Virus record (IMG/VR): IMGVR_UViG_3300025168_009799
Span: 25,750-89,749 of that record
Source: a virus
Length of the DNA stretch: 64,000 bases
Reading direction: 5' to 3' (one strand)
Shown here one piece after another: positions 28,382-39,700 of this stretch. The translations under genes were made by a program, and so were the position numbers. The notes beneath the pieces are model-generated. The model was not told the origin of the DNA. It did no database searches and saw only the letters and a list, made by a program, of their open reading frames with translations. Within the stretch, counting starts at the first letter, position 1, and each line of letters starts with the position of its first letter.

Positions 28382-31300
28382 ATGAGTAAAATAGATTTAC
28401 TAGGAAATGTAGATAATACTGCTGAGTTAGTATCATCTGCTACTAAGAATAATTCAACAACCCCTAAAGGACCTAAGATGGACTTATTTGGGGGCGTTAA
28501 ATCTGCATCTAAAGCAGCTGAGTTAGGAGAGCTTCCTACTTGGGATGCTTCTGGAGATTTATTTAAACGATATAATAATTTAGATTTAGATAATTACAAA
28601 AAATATTTTACAGTTGATGGGCAAGTAGAAATTCCTGCAGTTAATTTAGACGCTTTAAATGAAGGACGAGCTCGACATCAAAGTACGTTGGCTCAAATTG
28701 GTAATGGTCTAGGTAAAGCAGGGGTTACTTTTGTATCTGCTGTAGGAGAAAATACAGTAGGATTAGTTAATGGTACTTTATCAGCTCTGTATAACTGGGA
28801 TATAAGTAAACTTTATGATAATAATGTAAGTAATGTATTTCAGGGTATGCAAGACTGGGCTCAAGAATCAATGCCTAATTATAATACTCGAGAAATGGAA
28901 CATGCTAATTTCTTTGAGCAGATGTATAATCCAGGTAAAGGAGTTGCTAACTTTTGGGCAGATAAGTTTGCTAATGGATTTGCCTATACATTAGCTTCTG
29001 TAGCTACTATTATAGCTACTGGAGGATATGGGTCTATAGGAGTTGCAGGAAGTTTAGGTAGAATGGGATTACAAGCAGCAGCTCAAGGAGGTAAAAAATT
29101 ATTATTTCAAGCCGCTAAAGATGCTACTAAGAAGACTGTTAAAAAAGGTATAAGAACTATGTTTAAAGAAGGTATGAAACGTAGTGGATCTAGTATTAAT
29201 AGTGTTAGGCAGGGAGTACAAAATATAGCTAAAGGTAATGTAAATGCACAAGCTTTAAAAACTTTAGACGCTGGAATGTCAATGGCTTGGGCAGAATCTT
29301 CGATTGAGGCTAGAGATACTTATGACACAGCTTACGGTTCATTAGTTCAGCAGTATATGGATGAGAATGGATTTGTTGATGAAAGGCAAGTACCAGAACA
29401 AATTAAAGAAAAACTTAGCGGAGAAGCTCAGGCAGCTTCGAATGTAAATTTTGCTGCGAATTTAGCTATTGTAGGTACTACTGATGTTTTAATGTTTGGT
29501 AGAATGATTAATGGTTATAAACCTAAAATTAAATTCAATCCTCTTTCTGGGACAGGTAAAGCTGCTGTAGATGCTACTCTAATAGAAGGTAGTAAATTAT
29601 CTAAAATGAGAAGGATATGGAGAAATACTAAAGCTTATTCAGCAGCTGCGGGTACTGAAATGACCCAAGAGGGTCTGCAATATGTATCTAATAACTTTGT
29701 AACAGATTATTATTTAGATAAGAATTCTGATTCTGGACAAGCTGATATGGTAAATTCATTAGGAAATGCTTTCACTGATTTATTTGGCACTAAAGAGGGT
29801 AAGGAATCTATGTTACTTGGATTTTTAACAGGAGGAGTATCTACTATTAAAGGTACGAGTAAAGCATTGGCAGAGCAAGATGCTAATACTGAAAGTTTAA
29901 TAAACAGAGTTCATACAGGATTTTTAAGTGAAACAAGAGCAAAATTGGAGAAGAAAGAAGCTAGTGGTAGATATACATATTTAATGCAGCAAGCAGAACA
30001 AGAAGGAGATTTAGAAGCTTTTGAAGAAGCTCATCAGGCTTTAATACAAAATGAAGTAATGGCTTCAATTCAAGAAGGTACTCTAGAGGAGTTTAAAGAA
30101 AGAGTCGCAGACGCAGCAGAAATGTCAGATGAAGAATTTTCTGAAACGTTTGGAATTGATTTAGATGCTGTAAAAATAGATAAATCTAGCTATATAACTA
30201 AGCTTCTTAAAAAGGCTGAAAGAATAGAAGCTGTATATCAAGAAGCTTCCCAAGCATTTCAAGTTCAAGAACGTAAAGGTTTATATAGATGGGCAACTGA
30301 GAAAATGGCACCTGAAGAGTTAAAGACGATGGAGGTAAGAAATGAGAATATGAATATTTTCAGATCTCAGTATTTTAACTCTGTTATGCAAATGGATAAT
30401 CTTGATGCTAAAGAAAAAGAGAATGCAGATTTATTGTCAGACTTAACTAATGGAGAAGTTAACTATACAGGTATGAGAGACCTTATAGAAACTACTGAAC
30501 AAGAAGAAGCACTTGATGATCGTCAAATGGACCTTAAGAGACGTATAAACGAAAATTTAGATGATACTGGACAACCTAAAGATCCAGCATTACATGGACA
30601 GCTTGTAATGGAATCAGAGCAGTTAAACATACAACGTGCAAACTTACTAGATAAATTGTCTGAGCAGCATGAAAAAACATTAAAAGGAGAATTTGATAAA
30701 CAATTCTCAGCGTGGTCAACTAAAGTTCAAAAACAAAAAGGTAGAGTAGATCTTATCGACAAAGCTTCTAAAGCTAAGATAGAACTTGATTATGCTAGGG
30801 GCCTTAGAAACCAAGCTGTTCAAGCATTTAATGCGTTAAAAACAGAAGATGGAAGAACGGCACTACTTGAAGATATAGGTAGAATAGAAAAGCTTAGAAG
30901 AAACGATAGGCATAGTGGTGTTCTTATGAGAGAGGCACAAGAGATGGGTATGTCAGAATATACTTATGCAAAGCTTTATGCAATGTCTCAAATGCCAGGG
31001 TTAAACGACAAAGCACGTAAAGCTATACGTAAGAAACAAGCTGATTTAATGAAGATGGAAAAGAGATATAGAACTATGTTCCGTAATATGTCTGATGAAC
31101 AATTAGCAGAAGCATTAATAAAATATAATAATAATTTTATTGTAGGGCTTGTAGGGGAGGAGCTTCTGACCAGATCTGAACAAAAAAGAGTGGATCTAGA
31201 TGAGGAACGTCAACGTATAGAAGAAGAGCAAGAGAAACAAAAAGAACAGGATGAGAAAGTTAAAAGGGACGAAGAGGAAAGGCAAAATGATATATTAGAT

Positions 31301-33784
31301 AAAGAGAAACAGTTAAGGGATAAGCCTGAAACTGAAGAGAATATAGATGATATACAAGTTATAAACCACACTGACTCTAAGTTAATAAAGATTGACCAGA
31401 AGATAGCAGAATTAGAAAGGGAAATTGCAGCTCAAAAACTAATTGTAACTCCTGAAGTTGATAGAATAACAGCTTTAGATAAAACTCTAGATGAGTCAGG
31501 TAGGGCTTTTGTAGATCTCATGAGAGAGAAAGGCAAGGATCAGGGTATGATTGACGCTAAGATAAAAACTGAAGCTAGAAAAACTGCAGCAGGGAATCAA
31601 TTACTAACAAAATATAAAGCTGAAGATACATTACAAAATCCAGAAGGAAAGAAATTAGCTAAACTAGTTGCTGCATATAGTTTATTATACACAGATAGAT
31701 ATATACCAGAAACTACAGTTAATAATACTTTATATTCATCTCCTGATTTAAGAACTCAAAATTTAGGCAATACTGCTTCAAATTACGGAGTTCAACAAGC
31801 TCTCCTTGGTTATGAGGCGTGGGCGGAAAGAGGTGAGACTCTCTCTAATCTTAAAGGGCAAAGAATAGGAATCATAGCTCAAAACAAAAGTAAGACAGAG
31901 GCTGTACCTAAGAATCCTAGTAATGAAACAGGTAGGAAACAAGGACAAGTTATTAGTAGAAATGGACAATATATAAACGAAGATCCTCAAGATAGGTCTC
32001 CAAAGTTTGATGAAAATTTTAATCCAACTAACCATAGATCTAGTGTTACTGTTAACGGGCAAGAGATTAAAATACATAGAGAGCTGTTAACTGATCCTGA
32101 TCTAGCTTCAATGGATACAGAGGTTACGTTAAGAGTGTTACCTACAGATGAGTGGGTTAAATTAGCAGCTGATCCTGGAGCTCCAGAAAAAAAATACCCA
32201 GACTATTCAACTATTCCAGTAGGAATATTTTTGGAGATAGAGAATTATGACGTTCTTGTAGGAACTTTAGGATATCATCAAGGTAATGCAGAATTTACTG
32301 TTGAAAGACAACGTATCTATAATAATTGGAAGAAGGGAAAAGATACTAGAGCTGTTATTAAAAGATATGAAACTGATAATATAGGAATTGATTCTGCTCC
32401 AGGATACAGCAGTAGTAAACTTACTAGTAATGGAGATATTCAAAATTATAGAGATAAGGACGGACTAGGAGTACAGAAATCTGTTTCAGAGATTTTTGCG
32501 TTATCGGAACAAGGCTATGGGCAGCCCGTTATTGCGGTAGTTGCAGGTAGTCAATTTTCTCCGGAAGGTCTTAATATTACTCTTGGATTAAATGCTCCTG
32601 AATTAGACTTAGATAATATACCTGTTCCAAAGTCTCAGATAGCAGGGTCAGTAGGTATGATTGTTCAGGACCCAAATGGTTATGATTTGTTCATACCTTT
32701 ACAAACTAGATTCTTAGGAGAGAACGCTATTAATACAATAATAACGAATGCTGTAGCTAATAACGTAAAAGATATTGAACAGACTACTTATGCTGATTAT
32801 TCGTTACAGGATTTAGAAGATTGGGGATATAGAGGAAGTAGTGTACCTGTAGATTCTAGCTCAGGGTTAGCAAATAATTTTTATAAAATTTTAGCTAAAA
32901 AAGATTCAGAGGATAACTTCTTAGACAGTACACATCTTTTTTACACTCCTTATAAAGATAGTATGGTTCTAGTAGGAGCATCTAACAAGGCTCTTAAAAA
33001 TCAAGGACCAGTTAAAATGTATGAAATAACTGAACAGGGTCTGAAAGTTGTACCGCAAGATAAACAACCGTCTGGATTACCAGATGCTGAGACAGCGATG
33101 AGAGACATGCTATCTAGAAAAAGATATCAAGTAGATGCTAGTAAATTTAATAATACTAATCTTCAATATAAAAGTCCTGTAACTGGTATAACGCACCGTA
33201 ATTACCAAGAATATTTGATGTCTGAGCAAGAGGCTAAGACTGAAGGAGGGGAGGTTCAAGAAAGACGTAATGGTGCTCCAGGAAGTAGCTCTGCTATTAT
33301 CGCTTCAGATGTATATGTAAGAAGAATGGAGAGACCTCTCGCGGGCCCTCATCGTAGTATACATGCGAATGTAAATATTGCTATGAGAATTCCTGAGTTA
33401 GATAATTTTAAAGGTCAGGAGTCTAACACAGATTTAGCTGATCCTATTACTCATAGCGAGGTAATTATAGAGCAACAAGAAAAATTATTAGAACAACAGG
33501 TTGCAGATATGTTAAATATTCCTAACTTTGACCCCTCTCAAATAGACTTCACTGGCGGAGTGATCCCAGGTGCTAGTGATTTAAATAAAATTGAGGAAGA
33601 TATAGTTAATAAAGAGGCTAAAAGATTTAAGAATGAACAAGAAAATAAGGAGGTAGATCCTATAAAAACTAATGAAACAAAGTCTGAAACTTCCACAGAG
33701 GAATTATTAGATAATAGTGACGAGGATATTCCTGATACAGATGCAGAAGATGATGGTATTGTTGGTAACGAAAAAGAATGTTAA
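28382..33784 (+). CDS. Giant ejection/cargo protein A (N-terminal membrane-inserting helices, coiled coils)
   Basis: Gly/Ala-rich hydrophobic segments and AESSIEARD / EMTQEGLQY motifs seen in crAss-like large virion proteins; single Cys at the C-terminus. Confidence 0.7.
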   Translation: MSKIDLLGNVDNTAELVSSATKNNSTTPKGPKMDLFGGVKSASKAAELGELPTWDASGDLFKRYNNLDLDNYKKYFTVDGQVEIPAVNLDALNEGRARHQSTLAQIGNGLGKAGVTFVSAVGENTVGLVNGTLSALYNWDISKLYDNNVSNVFQGMQDWAQESMPNYNTREMEHANFFEQMYNPGKGVANFWADKFANGFAYTLASVATIIATGGYGSIGVAGSLGRMGLQAAAQGGKKLLFQAAKDATKKTVKKGIRTMFKEGMKRSGSSINSVRQGVQNIAKGNVNAQALKTLDAGMSMAWAESSIEARDTYDTAYGSLVQQYMDENGFVDERQVPEQIKEKLSGEAQAASNVNFAANLAIVGTTDVLMFGRMINGYKPKIKFNPLSGTGKAAVDATLIEGSKLSKMRRIWRNTKAYSAAAGTEMTQEGLQYVSNNFVTDYYLDKNSDSGQADMVNSLGNAFTDLFGTKEGKESMLLGFLTGGVSTIKGTSKALAEQDANTESLINRVHTGFLSETRAKLEKKEASGRYTYLMQQAEQEGDLEAFEEAHQALIQNEVMASIQEGTLEEFKERVADAAEMSDEEFSETFGIDLDAVKIDKSSYITKLLKKAERIEAVYQEASQAFQVQERKGLYRWATEKMAPEELKTMEVRNENMNIFRSQYFNSVMQMDNLDAKEKENADLLSDLTNGEVNYTGMRDLIETTEQEEALDDRQMDLKRRINENLDDTGQPKDPALHGQLVMESEQLNIQRANLLDKLSEQHEKTLKGEFDKQFSAWSTKVQKQKGRVDLIDKASKAKIELDYARGLRNQAVQAFNALKTEDGRTALLEDIGRIEKLRRNDRHSGVLMREAQEMGMSEYTYAKLYAMSQMPGLNDKARKAIRKKQADLMKMEKRYRTMFRNMSDEQLAEALIKYNNNFIVGLVGEELLTRSEQKRVDLDEERQRIEEEQEKQKEQDEKVKRDEEERQNDILDKEKQLRDKPETEENIDDIQVINHTDSKLIKIDQKIAELEREIAAQKLIVTPEVDRITALDKTLDESGRAFVDLMREKGKDQGMIDAKIKTEARKTAAGNQLLTKYKAEDTLQNPEGKKLAKLVAAYSLLYTDRYIPETTVNNTLYSSPDLRTQNLGNTASNYGVQQALLGYEAWAERGETLSNLKGQRIGIIAQNKSKTEAVPKNPSNETGRKQGQVISRNGQYINEDPQDRSPKFDENFNPTNHRSSVTVNGQEIKIHRELLTDPDLASMDTEVTLRVLPTDEWVKLAADPGAPEKKYPDYSTIPVGIFLEIENYDVLVGTLGYHQGNAEFTVERQRIYNNWKKGKDTRAVIKRYETDNIGIDSAPGYSSSKLTSNGDIQNYRDKDGLGVQKSVSEIFALSEQGYGQPVIAVVAGSQFSPEGLNITLGLNAPELDLDNIPVPKSQIAGSVGMIVQDPNGYDLFIPLQTRFLGENAINTIITNAVANNVKDIEQTTYADYSLQDLEDWGYRGSSVPVDSSSGLANNFYKILAKKDSEDNFLDSTHLFYTPYKDSMVLVGASNKALKNQGPVKMYEITEQGLKVVPQDKQPSGLPDAETAMRDMLSRKRYQVDASKFNNTNLQYKSPVTGITHRNYQEYLMSEQEAKTEGGEVQERRNGAPGSSSAIIASDVYVRRMERPLAGPHRSIHANVNIAMRIPELDNFKGQESNTDLADPITHSEVIIEQQEKLLEQQVADMLNIPNFDPSQIDFTGGVIPGASDLNKIEEDIVNKEAKRFKNEQENKEVDPIKTNETKSETSTEELLDNSDEDIPDTDAEDDGIVGNEKEC

Positions 33785-36700
33785 ATGGCGAATTGTATAA
33801 ATAGTATAGATAGTTTAGTTGAAAGAAGGGTACAAATGTTATCCTATATTCAAAACAGATTTGGTAAAGATGTTTCTGTTACTATCAATAATTATGTTAA
33901 AAGGGTGGGTAATGAGAATGTACATGGTATGTTTAAAAACATGGCATTTACTTTATCTACTTTAGGTGAACCAGGTGTAGAGTATCATGAAGCTTTTCAT
34001 GGATTCTTTACTATGTATTTAACAGATGGACAGCGCGCGTCTTTATTAAAACAGGCAGCACAAAGATATGGAGAGCCTAGCCAAGTAGAGCTAGACGCTG
34101 TAAATGGAGTAAGAGAATTAGCTCTAGAAGAAAAAATGTCAAATGCATTTCAAGAGTATTCATTAACTGAAGACCCTAAAGGTATACCTGCTAAGATAGC
34201 TAAGTTTTTTAAAGACTTATGGAATTTAATTAAGAGTATGATTTCTGATTCTATAGGAATTAATCAAGCATTTTCTATATTAGAATCAAATAATATTCCT
34301 ATGAAGTTCAAACGGAATATGCACATGTTTAGAGGAGGGAAGCCTGCTATGTACTTAAAGAAACGTGTGGATTATACAACACAAGAAACTAAGGATACAA
34401 CTTTATTTATTAGATCTAGATTTATGAATTTCTGGAGGTCATACCAACAACAGGCTAAGCAGGATCCATTTAAGGTAGCTATTAATAGACAAATGGATAA
34501 AGTTAGAACAGCATTTCCTGCTATGACTAGATCAGAATCTTTAGTTAAAGTTTTAACGTCTCATACTAAGAATACGTTTTTAAGAAACGCTTGGTCATAT
34601 ACTGAGAAAGCTGAAGGAAAAGATGCTGGAACTAAAATTGATTTAAAGCAAGCAAGAGAATTACACGGACTAAGAAGAGAAGGAAAGACGGATGAGTATA
34701 TGAATAAACTTTCAGAATATGGAATTCAAGAGCGTGCAGCATTTGGGTGGTCTCCTAACCCAGGTAATAGAGTTAGAATGGATAAGACTACTACTAATTT
34801 TCAACACTTTATTGATATATATGAAAATTGGGGAGATACTATTCAGACCGCTGAAATTACAGATGATAACGGAAAGAAGAAAGAAGTTAAGATTAATACT
34901 ATAGACCAAGGATGGTGGACTGGGGTAGAAGAACTCTTACCAGATGTAGGATTAAAGATTAGACATAGAGAAGTAACTGAGGGATTAGAAGAACTACCAT
35001 TGGACCCAACTGAGACAGACTCTCCTAGTCCTGAAGGAGGAGAAAGGATTTATGAATTAAGCCATTATGAACAAGATAGTTGGAAAGGTATGTCAAAAGA
35101 GTTACGTATGTACTTTGAAGATATATTAGATTACTCATCAGAGATTCCAAACCATTTACAAGTACATAGACCTCATGGAGGTAAACATGTATATGAAGTA
35201 TTAAAATTAGCTTTATCAAATACTACAAGTTTTACACAAATGAAAGACGTGCTAAAAGAGAAAGCTACATTACATGGTCCTAATAGTATTTATGGTATAA
35301 TGTTTTCTCGTGTTACTGGCATAGGATTAGAAGGACGAGTAGAGAATATTACTATGCAGCTTCCTGCTACATTAGTATCAGATTTTCATGGATTATTTAG
35401 AAATACTACTAAAGAATTTAAATCGGTAAAGGTAAATAGAAGTAAGCGTAAAGACGCGCAAGGCATGTTGCCTGCACCTGAAGTAGTAGTTTATAACCCA
35501 GATCAGAATTCAATTATTAATAATTTAGTTAATAATCAATATAGAAAAAATATTATTGATGTAACTGGAGTTAAAACTGAAAGAGCTTTATACAATAAGG
35601 CTGTTACTGTAGAGCCTGGAACCAAAGATCAGAGTATAGAATATATACCTATTAGAGAGAATCTACAAGACTTTCAAGCCCACGTTAAAGATTTAAATTC
35701 TTTAACTTCAATGCGAGGAGAGCTTAATGAGTCCGAGCTGGTTGAGGCTACAAGAGCCTTTAGAAAAATAGTAACTTATTTAGGAGTTGATTTACCAGGT
35801 ATATCTCCACAAGACCAAGATACTGTTCTTTACGATATAGTAAATCAAGGGGTATCTATACCAAATAGATTTGGTAAGTATACTACATATCAAGGCAAAA
35901 ACTTTTTTAGATATTTTTTAAAAGGAAGCAAGACAAAATCAAAATCTAATTTATTAACTGTAAGTGCGCAGATTATAGATCAAAAAGGCGAACCTAAGAA
36001 GCCTACGTTTGAGCCATTTTCTAAAGGAGCCTCAAGAGGACTCTTAATGAATTTAGCAGCTTTTCAAAAAGCTTTAGGTATAAATGGAGAACCTAATTAT
36101 GTTAATGAGTTTGGTAAATCTATTTATAAAATTAACATGCCTACTGCTTTTGATAATACTGTGAATAGAATTAAGAGTGGTAAAATATTTGATGCAGACC
36201 CTAACAATATAGAATATGGTAATTTAGACAAAGATCCTTTGTTCGTACCAGTGCAAAAACCGGTTGACGGTACAAGCTCTTGGGCTAATTATGTAAGCCC
36301 TTTATATATGTCTATGATTAATAACACTGACGGTTTAAGAGAGAAGTTAAGTCTAGAAAATATTAGTGCTTTTACTTTAGATTCAAATAGAGGATATAGT
36401 GATTTTGGCCAGATGAGTGAGAGCGATGAATATTTATTACGTTTATTTCTATTTCAAAAAGGTACTCATTCGGATAACTTAACTAATATGATGATCGATA
36501 CTCAAGGGGATAGAGGAGTATCTAGTACTATGGGATTACCTAGAGTAATATTAGAAGGGGAAGGGACTAGAAGCCTTGATAATTCTATGTACGGCTCTAA
36601 TGGATTTAAAACTCTAACAGATTTTAGTAATGCTTATATTATTCAGGATATCGTTAAGATGCAACAAGCTGACTCGCATGTAGAACTTGCGGAAGATGGC

Positions 36701-39700
36701 GAATCTTTATTTGATACTTATCATTATACTAACCCTAGTGATAAAAAAGCTAAAGATGGTAAAGCATTTAAATTTACGCAATTGCCTTTTGCACAAGACA
36801 TGCTAGAGCGTGGGGACTTAGACTTATCTCCAGGTATAAACTTAACACAAATTAATGTAGAAGATTTTGTTAACGGTGAACAGAGTATTAGAACTAATAA
36901 CTATATAGAAACTGAACAAGAAACTGTTAGCAGAGATAAAGTTATAGCATTGCTAGATAAAATATCAATGGAGTTTGGAAAAAACATAGATAGGTATACA
37001 GATCAATGGGTGTCTGATATGAAAAAGATGAAAGTCTGGGATAATAATATATGGGTAGATACTGATTTTCTAAAAAAGATACACGGAGGAAATGCAGCGA
37101 TCAATGACATAACAAAGAAATATCTAATTAAAAATTATATCGTTAATGATGTAATTAATAGATTAGAAATGAAAAAGATATTACGTATTACAGATGATTT
37201 CACAAACAATACGGAGATAGCAGCTAAGAGATTTGGACTTGGATCTACTCCAGGACTACAATTATTAATGAAAGGTCAAAATTTAGCGGACCCTTCTTGG
37301 GGAATGACTCCTACATTTAGTGAATTAATAATTGAAGATTTATATAATATACAAGCAGATAGTGGAAGACATGAAAGGTTTGCAGAATCTCTTAATACGT
37401 TAGGGGTACCTTTAAAGTTAATTAATCAATTTGCTTCTCAATATAGACCAGGACAATCTAATAAGACAGACGCTTCTGGATGGATGTCAGTACATGCTTG
37501 GCGTAACAGATTACAAGGCCAACCTAATGGATGGACTAATGCACATGAGAAAGCATATAACAATTATAAGCAGTCTGGCGTATGGGGATTTTATAAAAAT
37601 ATTTATAATTTTAAAGAAGGTAAAACAGAACAAATTCTAGTACGTCCTCCTGTATTACCTATTAAAGAGTATTATGAATCACATGAATTGTATCAAGGTA
37701 ATACTTTAGCAGTTAATAATACTAAGAACTCTTATTTACCTTTATTAAAAGAGACAACAGACATAGCTGGTCAAGGCCTAGAGCTTATTAGATTAAGATT
37801 AGAAGGGAAGGAATTAAACGCTGCGGATAAAGCGGCAGGGAAAACTCAATTTGCTACACATACTCCTATAGATGTAGCTAATACAGTAAGCGCTAAAAAA
37901 CTTGCTAGACTTAACGTTATAAAATTTCAAAATAATGATGGTACTTTTAATATATCAGGATTAGTTACTGCTAAACCTGTTGTTTTAAATTCTAATGGAA
38001 TAAAGATTCCACAAATTAAACCTTCTACAGCAACTAAGAAATTTACTATTTGGGGCACACAAGTGAAGAGAAATGCAATTGCTAATGTACAAGATGATAC
38101 TCAATATACTCTTCCTCAAGGTAATAAATTATCTGGAAGTATGGTAAAATCTTTATATCATAAAGCTGCTCAAGCGAATATGGATACTAGTATTGAGAAG
38201 TTAGAGAAAGCTTTTGGATTTTCAAGATTGAAAGGTTTAAAACTTGGAGACAACGGTTATGATAACGCCAAACTTCAGCATTTAAAATACATTAGAGATT
38301 TAATTCAAAGAGAAGTTATAGAAAGAGGGTTACCACAAAGTTATATAGATTCTTTAGAAATAGTTAAAGATACAAAACAAGGATGGAAGTTTCAAATACC
38401 TTTAGATTTTCCAGTGTACCAGAGAAGATTTCAAAATATATTATATTCATCTTTTAGAAAAACAGCTTTAAGACAAAAGATAAACGGCCTACAGGTTGTA
38501 CAGATGGCTGATGTAGGAGGAAGAGATACTCAAACTTTAACATCTACAGATCTTAAATTTATTGATATAAATAACGGAAAAATAACTAAAGCAGAGATTT
38601 TAATATCTGAAGATATAGCAGCTAGATTTGGATTAAAGAAAGGAGAGTCATTAGAGATGGCTGATCCTGAATTATTAGATATGATAGGATATAGAATTCC
38701 TAATCAAGGTAAAAACTCTATATTAGCTTTAACAGTAAAAGGTATACTACCGGGACATGAAGCAACAGTAGTTGTGCCAGGAGAGATTACCACTCAGATG
38801 GGATCTGACTTTGATATTGATGCTTTATTTTTAATGATTAAAAATGGACAACGTAATAGCCAAGAAGCAATTGATAGAGGTGAACCTGTTGTTAATAAAG
38901 TTAGCTATCCTTTAGAAGAGATGACAGGAAAAGCAGTAGCTAATAAAAGTTTAACTGCTTATTCTAAACCGCAATTAGATAATTTAATTATTGATTTAAC
39001 ACAAGCTATTGTTACAAACGTAAATCATTTACAAGAAACTATTACTCCATTAGATCCTGCTGAATTTAATATGGGAGATCCAAATTCTTTTATTAATAAA
39101 GTTATTAATATAATGGGTACTGCAGAACAGTTAGATAAGTTAAATCCTAAGAGTCAAATTGAGTTATTAATGCGTAATAAAAACGGGGCTACAGGTATTG
39201 GAGTATATGCAAATACTTTATCTGTACGAAATGTATTATCTGCTCTTGACTTACCAGTAGCTAAAAAATATCAAATTAAACTAATTATAGATAAGTTAGG
39301 AGAAAATTTAGATCGTCAAGGTAATCCAGAGGTAGTTCAAGAAGAAGTAATTTTAAACAATTTTAATGTTATAAAAGATGCTTATGGAGAAGAGACTGTT
39401 GATGTGCATGCCTCTAAACATGTATCATTAGCTGTGGATAATGCTAAAGATCCTAGAATGTATTATTTAAATGATAATCCTTTAACTTGGACTGCAACTT
39501 CTTACATGTTAAGTATGGGGATGACGGCTAGAGACGCAGCTGTATTAAGATTACAACCTATGGTATGGGAAGTGGTTCAAGAAACATTAAGAACAGGTGG
39601 GTCTGTATTTGACTTAAAAACTGCGGCTGTTGAGAAAGCTAAATCGTATGCTTTAAAAAACGGTATTGATATATTAAGTGCGACGGATGAAAAGATGATT

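Noticed and set aside
33779-33790. Read-through or frameshift fusing protein A to the vRNAP (in-frame TAA-ATG)
   Set aside because: The genes are in frame, but TAA is a strong stop, and the same TAAATG junction occurs at 10657-10662 between unrelated genes. Translational coupling is the simpler explanation, though read-through is not excluded.
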